Below, in pieces: positions 9,197 to 17,324 of a DNA stretch of 64,000 bases. A program made the translations under genes and the position numbers. Within the stretch, counting starts at the first letter, position 1. Each line of letters opens with the position of its first letter. The notes below the pieces were generated by a model. The model worked only from the letters and a program-made list of their open reading frames with translations. It was not told the origin of the DNA and searched no databases. This stretch comes from Colwellia sp. Lineage in GTDB: Bacteria; Pseudomonadota; Gammaproteobacteria; Enterobacterales; Alteromonadaceae. The stretch covers positions 6,174 to 70,173 of the forward strand of contig JABSOW010000018.1 in assembly GCA_013215465.1 (NCBI GenBank). Direction: 5' to 3'.

Positions 9197-10144
9197 CTAC
9201 TTCACACCCACTAGCTGTAAAAATTGATCTAACATCTCTTTATTACTTTTAATAAAAGGTTTTTTTTGATCTTTATCGCCGACATTAAAATCGGATAAGG
9301 GTGTAAATTTCGGTACCGCATTGTTTTCTTGCCCCATTAATATAAATGGAATGGTGGCATTATGCTTGTTGCGTTTCTTCTCTCCATCCTTAATTAAATT
9401 AAACTCTATTGTTGGCAGCAATCTAAATTGTTTTAACTTCTGTATTTTCTTATATCGTCCAGAGGTGATCTTGCTAATAGTGATATTTAACCGCGCTTGC
9501 CACTCTGTCGCACTGAACTCTATTGGCGGTACACTTTTCTTTTTTTCTACATAAAGCACCGCATCATCAAGCGAATACATTTGAGGCACCGGCCGACTAA
9601 CCCAATTAAACCAAACGTTGTTAACATGATCGGTTTTTATTTGAATTTTTCGGTAGAGCTGCTCTGTCATAACGCCAGAAAAAGCGCGATGAATAAACTC
9701 ATGACGTTGATGTTTATCTCTGTTGTGACGAATGGTGTTAGCCAAGTCATCTTTTAAGGTATTAATAGACGTTACCAGTGCCAAGACAGTCTCTTTATCT
9801 TCATTGACAATTACAAAACCAGGTAAGCGGTGAACGAACATTGTAGAGCCTGTTAGTGGCGCGTAAAAGTCCTTCCACGCGTTTAACACGCTATGTAATT
9901 CGCTCCAGTGAGTCAATGGCCTCACTGATAAGTGTTTTATGCCTTCAACAATACAGTTCTTTTCTTTCTCTTTAGATATTCGCTCGATGTTATAACCAAC
10001 AAAATAGGGATTTTGCTTACTTATCATGTCTATTAATAGTGTTGTTTGAGCAACAATATCAGGCATTAACTGAGTTACGGTAAGTAGATCTCCTTCGTTA
10101 TCAGGCAGCTGTTTTGTTTTTTCTTTTGTCATTGTCATATTCAC
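9197..10144 (-). CDS. tus: DNA replication terminus site-binding protein Tus
   Basis: 315 aa. Colinear with E. coli Tus (309 aa) at landmark blocks: RLPG(F/V), F(N/G)W, (T/R)EW Q(A/R)(R/K)L, H(N/A)..(I/T)P(F/L)I(L/A)(M/L). Confidence 0.85.
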   Translation of the reverse strand: MNMTMTKEKTKQLPDNEGDLLTVTQLMPDIVAQTTLLIDMISKQNPYFVGYNIERISKEKEKNCIVEGIKHLSVRPLTHWSELHSVLNAWKDFYAPLTGSTMFVHRLPGFVIVNEDKETVLALVTSINTLKDDLANTIRHNRDKHQRHEFIHRAFSGVMTEQLYRKIQIKTDHVNNVWFNWVSRPVPQMYSLDDAVLYVEKKKSVPPIEFSATEWQARLNITISKITSGRYKKIQKLKQFRLLPTIEFNLIKDGEKKRNKHNATIPFILMGQENNAVPKFTPLSDFNVGDKDQKKPFIKSNKEMLDQFLQLVGVK

Positions 10145-10180
10145 TGTATATAATTTGGTATACTGTAATTATATACAGTG
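10142..10180. promoter_or_regulatory. Palindromic element in the tus promoter containing a Ter-like core
   Basis: CACTGTATATAAT-ttggtatactgta-ATTATATACAGTG has perfect 13-bp arms. The central GGTATACTGTAATTATA matches 11 of 15 positions of the E. coli Ter core GTATGTTGTAACTAA. Confidence 0.35.
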
Positions 10181-10285
10181 CACCAAGTAATATACAGTCC
10201 ATTACATCTTTAATGCCCTCTTTACCTGGATAACAATAAAATTATGTTAATAATGCACTTAGCTGACCTGGCAACGTTTTTTTTT

Positions 10286-10451
10286 GTGGTGGAAACAGTA
10301 TCTAGGGAGGTAGACCTACTTTAGGTATTAGACGTCAATTAGCTTGGCCGGTACTGGATCTTGTTTTCATTGCCTGTTTTTTACGGTAACTATCTCCTTG
10401 AATTTGATAAATATCACTGTGATGAACAAGCCTGTCGATAGTGTAGTTGCC
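10286..10451 (-). mobile_element. IS21-family remnant: IstB C-terminal fragment plus putative element end
   Basis: Minus-strand translation of 10335-10451 gives GNYTIDRLVHHSDIYQIQGDSYRKKQA...*. This matches the IstB C-terminal signature (ILDRLLHH......G.SYR.K). There is no N-terminal part. Confidence 0.55.
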
Positions 10452-10456
10452 GCTAA

Positions 10457-10511
10457 TAAAAAAGCCAAAGCAGCTAATAAATTAACTGCTTTGGCTTTGT
10501 GTGTTTTTTTA
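10457..10511. terminator. Bidirectional rho-independent terminator
   Basis: AAAAAAGCCAAAGCAG-13 nt-CTGCTTTGGCTT followed by GTGTGTTTTTTT. Confidence 0.6.
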
Positions 10512-10590
10512 TTTAATAAAGGAGTAAGCAACAATCAAATGAAATCTATTCTCAAGTGTCACCGACCCTTTTGTTTGTTATAAGTAATGT

Positions 10591-10750
10591 TTAAATATAT
10601 GGGTCTTTGCTTAGCAGAATCCCGTGCTTCAGAACCAAGAATACAACAGGATCATTACTATAAAACCGCCCGATAACTGGATCATAGTATCGTGCCTGCA
10701 TATACATTAGTACGCTTTACGATCCACCTATATCACTTGAAACCTTATGA
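10591..10750 (-). pseudogene. RHS/YD-repeat protein core remnant
   Basis: Minus-strand translation gives ...SVLMYMQARYYDPVIGRFYSNDPVVF...*. This contains the hallmark RHS core-end motif (A)RYYDPxxGRFxSxDP. It is bounded by stops, and no repeat body or toxin domain is present. Confidence 0.6.
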
Positions 10751-11025
10751 TTTTATTGGTTTTTTATTTGGATCATTTTATCAAAAAAATTGGCTTTCAC
10801 AAAAGATGAAAGGGGGTCAGGCCATGGCCCTATTAGACGACTACATTGTCTTTTGCACTTACTGTAACTTATCCATTATGCTTTGCCAAAAGTATTCTGC
10901 CGCACCTTCCTGCGTTAATTTTCTACCAAACAGCGTTTAATAGAATCAAAAAATATTCTTTTATCTAATGATCTTAATTCTACTTCAATACTATTTAATT
11001 GAACTATTACCACGACTAATTCCTT

Positions 11026-11985
11026 TTAGTTTTTAATTTCTATTGCGTCCAAAATATCATTCGTAAATAATTTAAAAACAGTAAATGCATCAGTCCATGT
11101 GATCGGTATACGCCCATACACCATTGGAGCAACATACTTGTTAAACCGCTCTTCAAATTGGGGATTTTTTTCAAGTAGCATTAAGCCGTATTTTAATTCT
11201 TTTATCGGATTTTCAACAAATTGAGGATGCTGGGTACCAAACCGTTCAACATCTTCATCTATAACTTGTCGAACAAGAGCTATTACGTCTTTTAAGTTTG
11301 CACTACCTGCGTTTTGAATATAAAAAGTATCATAGATATGCCGGATTAATGCAGGATCTTCACCTCTACTCTGATCTCGGTCAAAGCTTGCAGTCCGCCT
11401 GAGCATTGAAATGATTTTTTCGGCTTGTGTACTCAATATACTGGTGAATTCCATCGCATCAACTTCGGCCTTATTTTTATAAGCGTCGGCAGTTAATGAT
11501 GTTATGGCACGAGTTTCTGTTTCATCGTGAAGTGTTGTCTCAATTAACTCTAATTTAATAAAAGGTCTTAAACATGGGGCTATAGAGTGGGATTGTGGAT
11601 AACGAATATTAATTACTTGATACCTATATTCATCACGCTTAATTGGCTCACCTTCAACAGAGAATATACTGCTTTTTTCAATAGCGTCAACAATTGTCAG
11701 ATAAACTTGTTTTCTTGCTTTTTTGCGAGCACCTCTTGAAGCTAATTTTTCAAAAGCATCTTGAGGGATCAGTTTAATATCAACGTCTTCTGACATTCGA
11801 TGTGTTTTGATACCGGATTTAGCCAAGGCGGTACCTCCAGAAAACACTATCAGGTGAGTATCAAATGAAAGTTCAGCTAGCAACTTTAATAGTGCGACAA
11901 CGTAATAATCTTTTTCAACAATCGCAGGGTTGCCCATTTCTAAGGCATCAGAAACCTCAATAAAGGTATTTTTATCAACCTGCAT
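11026..11985 (-). CDS. AbiEii/AbiGii-family nucleotidyltransferase toxin (type IV TA)
   Basis: 319 aa with GGTALAK and SEDVDIK nucleotidyltransferase motifs. Overlaps the upstream antitoxin gene by 11 nt. Confidence 0.85.
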   Translation of the reverse strand: MQVDKNTFIEVSDALEMGNPAIVEKDYYVVALLKLLAELSFDTHLIVFSGGTALAKSGIKTHRMSEDVDIKLIPQDAFEKLASRGARKKARKQVYLTIVDAIEKSSIFSVEGEPIKRDEYRYQVINIRYPQSHSIAPCLRPFIKLELIETTLHDETETRAITSLTADAYKNKAEVDAMEFTSILSTQAEKIISMLRRTASFDRDQSRGEDPALIRHIYDTFYIQNAGSANLKDVIALVRQVIDEDVERFGTQHPQFVENPIKELKYGLMLLEKNPQFEERFNKYVAPMVYGRIPITWTDAFTVFKLFTNDILDAIEIKN

Positions 11986-12373
11986 TAATTGCTCGATTGC
12001 TTACGACTATTTTACGCTTAAATCGATTATTAGTGATAATTTGAAATGATGCAGGGATTTGTAAACTATCCCCATCAATACTTCGTTGAGAGAAGTCATC
12101 AAATTTATAATCAATACCTAACTTCTCAATAGCTTCTAAAATCACACCATCAGGACCGCCAGGTGACGAAGGCATAATTTTCCCTGTGATGCTATTTGTT
12201 CTCGCTTTAGTGTAAAGACCATAAGCAATACGAAGTAATAAGCCATTTTTAACAAGTTTTCTTAACTCTCGGCCTACTTGGTCATATCCAGCAATATCAG
12301 TAAAGTCCGCACGAGAAAAAACATATCGCTTTGAACGATTAATTCTTGTTTTTACTTTATTTGCTATAGTCAT
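11975..12373 (-). CDS. AbiEi-family antitoxin/transcriptional regulator
   Basis: I chose the internal ATG at 12373 (MTIANKV...) because an AGGAGA RBS sits 6 nt upstream. The N-terminal wHTH-like region is typical of AbiEi. Confidence 0.75.
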   Translation of the reverse strand: MTIANKVKTRINRSKRYVFSRADFTDIAGYDQVGRELRKLVKNGLLLRIAYGLYTKARTNSITGKIMPSSPGGPDGVILEAIEKLGIDYKFDDFSQRSIDGDSLQIPASFQIITNNRFKRKIVVSNRAINAG

Positions 12374-12403
12374 GACAACTCTCCTATGAAATACACTTTT
12401 AAT

Positions 12404-12471
12404 ATAGCAAATATACGACATTTACACAATGCAAACATACGACACTAATCCAATGCAAAAATACGACATTA
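12404..12471. promoter_or_regulatory. Three phased direct repeats (24-bp period) upstream of abiEi
   Basis: (C)AATGCAAA-N-ATACGACA-YTA, with ATACGACA at 12413, 12437 and 12461. Located 30-100 nt upstream of the antitoxin start. AbiEi proteins are known autorepressors. Confidence 0.45.
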
Positions 12472-12494
12472 AAAATAGGCCTTGTTTTATTAAT

Positions 12495-12866
12495 CTATAT
12501 AAAGCTGAGTGGTGAGAATACTGGCTTTTCAGTAACGCGCAGGGTGACTGTTTTACCAACGAGCGTATAAGGCACTGAATATTCATGGCCTTGATAAGGT
12601 AACAAATAGGTTGAAGGGAATTTTATCTGTTTTTGCATAACAAAAGGCGTGAGGGGTAAATCGGGCAATGGATTAAGTGCGACGTTCTCTTCTGCTACAA
12701 AAAGTTGGTTTCGACTTTCAGGTCTTTTTTGAAAAGGCTGTGCATTAAGTTCTTCAACATGCTGTAAAAGATGGCTATTCACTTCAGACAAGCTAAAGAA
12801 CGTAAAGTTGTTAACTACATCATTGGATATTACAGTAAAGTTAGGCCTCACAGTTATAACGGAGGA
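12495..12866 (-). pseudogene. IS21-family IstA transposase fragment (C-terminal region only)
   Basis: FFSLSEVNSHL...LNAQPF...LNPLP....HEYSVPYTLVGKTVTLRV follows the IstA C-terminal pattern. There is no HTH or catalytic domain, and it is bounded by stops. Confidence 0.7.
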
Positions 12867-13131
12867 TTAACACCGTATGAGTCAGAGAAAAGATACTGGC
12901 TTGAATACAAATCCGTGGCCAGTTTTACTTGATCACTACAGGTATATCAACATGCCCAGGGCCAAACATTTGTCGGAAAATATCGATGGATATACGTTTA
13001 CCTTGTTCATGGTTATTCAACACATAACGCCCAAGTGATTGTTCACAAACGTAATTATGTGCGATTTATCTGTAACTCATGATTATGATTGCGCTTCAAA
13101 TAAATCCATATTTTCATTCATATCACTCTCC

Positions 13132-16100
13132 CTATGCAGCTCTATTCTTCTTAAAATTCTCAGCCTGAGTAAATATTTCTTTATATATTTCATCACGGCT
13201 TACCGGTGGATAGCCAAACTTGGCTAGCAACATAATCAGGTCAACTTTTAACTCAGCCTTAATATCATCTCGCTGGTTCCAATCGGTATACTTGGCTTTG
13301 TCATCAACAACTACTTTTACTGCTTTAGCTAGCTCTAATAGTTTGTCTTCTGGGTATTTAAAATCATATTTAACCGCTAAAGAAAGTAAAATATCATAAA
13401 AGGCTTTTTCTTCTAAGTTGATGCCCATGTCTTCAAACGATCCCATTTCTGTTTTGAGATCTTGGAACATGTTGATGATTTCATCCGAGAAGTCTTCCAA
13501 TACACCACTGACTAATACGTCATCTTCTCTACGTTCGTTATATTTATCGACTAACGATTTGAAACGTTCTGAAAAGTCGATAGCCTTAATTTGATTAACT
13601 TGCTTAAACTCGCCAATTGCCTTAGCTAGCAATTGCTGTAACAGTTTAATCTTAGTATTTGGCAGTTTTATTTTATCAATCTTGGCGATGTAATCATCAT
13701 TGAATATATCAATCTCACCGCCCTCTTCATTGCCAAGCTTAAAGATCTCTTCTACACCATCGCTTTGTAATGCTTCGCTAATCATTGTCCGTACTTTGGC
13801 GTTCATCTGTGCGGTGTCGGGAGCTTCGCCCTTAGTCAGCTTAAAAACGATTGAGCGAATCGCTAAATAAAAGTGGATATGGTTACGTTCATCTTCATTA
13901 ATTTGTTCACTGCCACAGCACACGTCATAAGCCGCTTTTAAACGTTTTACTAAATCCATAAAACGCTTTTGCTGTTTCTCCTTATTTCTAGAGTTCAGGC
14001 TTAATACAAATTCTGCGGCCTGGTTTAAACAGTTTAATTGAGCAACGGCTTGATCAGTAAAGTAAGGAGAGCTATCAAATTGATGGAATAAGCTCGCTAA
14101 TAAATCTAAATGGTTTTTAACCTCAATCACCGAGGCAGTAATATCTTCAAAGTTAGATTCATCCGTTTTTGAATATTGTGCCAGTGCTTTGTTCATCTCA
14201 GACTTAATGCCGATGTAATCAACGACCAGACCTTTATCTTTACCTTCAAACTGACGGTTCACCCGTGAAATAGTTTGGATCAAACTGTGTTTTTGCAGCG
14301 GTTTATCAATATACATGGTATCTAAAAACGGTACATCAAAACCCGTTAACCACATGTCTACTACAATGGCTATTTTGAAATTAGCATTTTGATTTTTAAA
14401 TTGTCTATCTAACTGTTTACGCTCATCTTTGCCACCCAGTAGGTTATATAAGCGCTCTACATCATCTTTGCCACGGGTCATTATCATTTTCACCCGTTGC
14501 GAGGGTGCAGCTATACGCCCTTCACTTATTGCTCTACTGCGTTCCTTGTCTGATAACTTAGCCGCGTTGTCTGTGTCTACAACCTCAAACCATTGTGGAC
14601 GCAGTGTTTCTAGTTCTTGATACAATTGATAGGCAATATTACGCGCACTACATACAAACATTGCCTTGCCAGCAACGGTTGCACCTTCTTCGATACGCTT
14701 TTCATAATGCTCAACAAAGTCTTTAGCAATAACACTAATTCGCTCAGGATCACCTAAGATGGCATTCATATTTGCCGACGATTTTTTACTTTCGTCAATT
14801 TGCAGTTCATTACTGCCAGAGTCAGCACATTCTTTATAATAAGCCTCAATGTCGGCAAGTTTACTATTGTTTAAACATACCTTAGCTGCGCGACCTTCAT
14901 AAACTATTCGTACGGTTATCTCATCTTTCACCGACTCAGTCATGGTATAAGCATCAACCACAGGGCCAAAAACATCTAACGTTGCGTCTATTGGCGTACC
15001 CGTAAAACCAACATAGGTGGCATTAGGTAGTGAGTCGTGTAGGTATTTAGCGAAGCCATAGGTTTTTCTAACACCTGCATTCGGCCCCTTTTCAGTCACC
15101 GTGATTTTTTGGTCTAAATTAACTTGGCTACGGTGCGCCTCATCAGAAATACAAATAACATTACAGCGGTCGGTTAACAGTTCAGTATCTTCAGTAAACT
15201 TATGAATAGTAGTTAAGAACAAACCGCCACTATTACGCCCTTTTAATAGTTCACGCAAATGAGTACGGCTGGTAACTGTTTCAATGCTATTGTCACCAAT
15301 ATAACCTTTGGCATTGCCAAATTGTTGTGACAACTGATCATCTAAATCGGTACGGTCGGTGATCAAGACAATGGTTGGACTTTTAAATGCCACGCTCTTC
15401 ATTAACAAGCGACATAAAAACTGCATGGTAAAACTCTTACCACAACCAGTCGCCCCAAAATAAGTACCCCCCTTACCATCGCCGCCTTCACCATTGGGGT
15501 GTTTTTGGTGCTGTTTAATATTTTCAAATAGCTTTTTAGCAGCGTAATATTGCGGATAACGTGGAACTATTTTTATCTCTTTGTTTCCTGTGTCGGGAAA
15601 AAATATAAAGTGGTGCATCACATCACGCAAACGGGCTTTATCAAACAGCCCTTGCAACATAGTGTGTAGTGAATTAATACCATCTGGCGCAACAAGCTCT
15701 TGACCCGTTACCTTGCCCCATGAATAGAAAAACTGATAAGGGGCAAACAAGTTACCCATTTTATTGTTCACACCATCACTAATGATGCATAAAGTATTAA
15801 AGACAAATAGCTGTGGAATATCACGACGATAACGGATGGTTAGCTGCTCAAAAGCTTCATGGATAGTGGCCTCTTCACGAATAGCACTTTTAAATTCAAA
15901 TACCACCAAGGGCAAACCGTTGATATACAAAATGCCATCGGGAATACGTTTTTCACCACTGCCTTGTGAAGATACGCCCTCTATTTCAAGCTGATTAACC
16001 ATGCGATAGATATTAGTGTCTTGTGCCAATAACTCAGCGCAATCTTCAGCTATAGCTTTAACTGGTGCTACAGTGACATAGGCAGCTGAAACTTCAGCTA

Positions 16101-16551
16101 CTATATCGGCTTGTGCTTGGTCATGAGTATGGTCATGGGTGTGGTCAGAGTTTTCTACAGGCGCTAACGTACGTAAACTCGCTCGAACAGTTGCATCAAC
16201 GTTGTCATAATCAAGCAGTTGAATATACAAATCTTTTTGTGATGCACTACCAGCAGCACTGCCAGACTCTCGCTTTAATAGAAAGCCATCACTAAGCCAC
16301 TTACAAAAGGTTTTATTACTGTCGTACAAGTCACTCGAGGGTAAGTCTGTTAACTGCTTAATAATAGTTTTGATTTCACCGCTCGTAATATTGGCATGCT
16401 GATAGCGTTTCTTTAAAAAAGCACGTAGGTCTTCTTTAATTAATACCTCGGTATTATTACGTTTTAGCTTGGCTCCATTAAGGTGCGGATAACCTTGCTC
16501 GCCTAATAGCTCAATAATCGCTTGTTCTAACTTAGCTTCGTTAAATTTCAT
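13132..16551 (-). CDS. hsdR: Type I restriction enzyme R subunit
   Basis: 1139 aa with a PD-(D/E)xK region (VVFEFK), helicase motif I (GATGCGKSF), a DEAH box (SDEAHRSQ) and a long helical C-terminal domain. Confidence 0.95.
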   Translation of the reverse strand: MKFNEAKLEQAIIELLGEQGYPHLNGAKLKRNNTEVLIKEDLRAFLKKRYQHANITSGEIKTIIKQLTDLPSSDLYDSNKTFCKWLSDGFLLKRESGSAAGSASQKDLYIQLLDYDNVDATVRASLRTLAPVENSDHTHDHTHDQAQADIVAEVSAAYVTVAPVKAIAEDCAELLAQDTNIYRMVNQLEIEGVSSQGSGEKRIPDGILYINGLPLVVFEFKSAIREEATIHEAFEQLTIRYRRDIPQLFVFNTLCIISDGVNNKMGNLFAPYQFFYSWGKVTGQELVAPDGINSLHTMLQGLFDKARLRDVMHHFIFFPDTGNKEIKIVPRYPQYYAAKKLFENIKQHQKHPNGEGGDGKGGTYFGATGCGKSFTMQFLCRLLMKSVAFKSPTIVLITDRTDLDDQLSQQFGNAKGYIGDNSIETVTSRTHLRELLKGRNSGGLFLTTIHKFTEDTELLTDRCNVICISDEAHRSQVNLDQKITVTEKGPNAGVRKTYGFAKYLHDSLPNATYVGFTGTPIDATLDVFGPVVDAYTMTESVKDEITVRIVYEGRAAKVCLNNSKLADIEAYYKECADSGSNELQIDESKKSSANMNAILGDPERISVIAKDFVEHYEKRIEEGATVAGKAMFVCSARNIAYQLYQELETLRPQWFEVVDTDNAAKLSDKERSRAISEGRIAAPSQRVKMIMTRGKDDVERLYNLLGGKDERKQLDRQFKNQNANFKIAIVVDMWLTGFDVPFLDTMYIDKPLQKHSLIQTISRVNRQFEGKDKGLVVDYIGIKSEMNKALAQYSKTDESNFEDITASVIEVKNHLDLLASLFHQFDSSPYFTDQAVAQLNCLNQAAEFVLSLNSRNKEKQQKRFMDLVKRLKAAYDVCCGSEQINEDERNHIHFYLAIRSIVFKLTKGEAPDTAQMNAKVRTMISEALQSDGVEEIFKLGNEEGGEIDIFNDDYIAKIDKIKLPNTKIKLLQQLLAKAIGEFKQVNQIKAIDFSERFKSLVDKYNERREDDVLVSGVLEDFSDEIINMFQDLKTEMGSFEDMGINLEEKAFYDILLSLAVKYDFKYPEDKLLELAKAVKVVVDDKAKYTDWNQRDDIKAELKVDLIMLLAKFGYPPVSRDEIYKEIFTQAENFKKNRAA

Positions 16552-16564
16552 TAAACGTCCTTAT

Positions 16565-17264
16565 CTACTTATTTTTATCGGATTGTTGCTCGGTAATCAA
16601 TAAACGCTCACGTTGTAACTCTTGTCGTAATTCGTCTTCACTGGGTAAGTAAGCTAGGTACTTAGAAGCAAACAACTGTTTACCATCAGCAAGCACTGAA
16701 TACTTAGCTACAGCTTCACTTTTTTCACTGCATAAAATCAAACCTATGGTGGGGTTGTCATCTTGCTGCTTCTGCTTTTACGTCTTTACCATCTTGGCTT
16801 GATAATAATCGTTCATAATAAAGCACACCAATTTGACGTTCTAATGCACGGGCTGACCACCCTTGCTCGATAGATTCACTTAAATACCATTGTCTGGCTT
16901 GCTCATTTTCAATACGAATTAAGGTGCGATAATGGGTCCAACTCAATTCGGTACGCACTGCGTTCCGAATTGGAAATTTCATATAAAACAAGCGCATATT
17001 GCGTAAATTACGTTCGTCAAAGCCTTTACCAAATTCGCTAGTTAACGTAGTCGCAAGCGATTTTAATACTTGCTTGCCATAACTGGCACGTTTTTCACCT
17101 TGCTGTTCATCTTCAACAATCAACTGCCCCACTTGCCAATAGGTTTGCACCATAGTGCTGTTAACTGACTGTTGTAACGCGCTACGACTGCGCTGTAATA
17201 AATGCCGTAAGGCCTCTGTTAATGGTTGATGCTTTAACGCAGTCATTTCACTCTCCTGCCACAA
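16565..17264 (-). pseudogene. DUF1016 (YhcG-like PDDEXK nuclease) gene with internal deletion and frameshift
   Basis: The 168-aa ORF (16758-17264) is the DUF1016 N-terminal domain; its likely true start is 17246, after an AGGAGA RBS. A different frame at 16565-16762 encodes DDNPTIGLILCSEKSEAVAKYSV...LPSEDELRQEL*, the family's extreme C-terminus. The nuclease core between them is missing. Confidence 0.7.
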
Positions 17265-17324
17265 TATTTATATAGGTATTTATGCCCATATTACCGGTCG
17301 ACTGATAACGCACTAACAACGGCA

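Noticed and set aside
10225-10262. dif-like (XerCD) site near tus: TTATGTTAATAATGCACT resembles one arm of gammaproteobacterial dif.
   Set aside because: Relative to the XerC-arm consensus, 2 nt are missing. The central region and the second arm do not match, so I do not call it a dif site.
10855-10880. Second Ter-like core (ACTGTAACTTA).
   Set aside because: Only the TGTAAC block matches and the flanking positions of the Ter consensus do not. This is probably chance in AT-rich DNA.
10344-10940. Plus-strand ORFs 10344-10583 and 10692-10940.
   Set aside because: The same DNA is better explained by minus-strand IstB and RHS relics and an embedded terminator hairpin (10457-10511). The translations have no motifs.
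12404-12471. CRISPR-like appearance of the short phased repeats here and of the 14-bp array at 32534-32586.
   Set aside because: The repeats are too short (8-14 bp) and have no unique spacers of CRISPR length, and no cas genes are in the window. I interpret them as an operator array and a tandem repeat.
13039-13227. Plus-strand 62-aa ORF overlapping the 3' end of hsdR.
   Set aside because: It is antisense to hsdR, low-complexity, and has no RBS.
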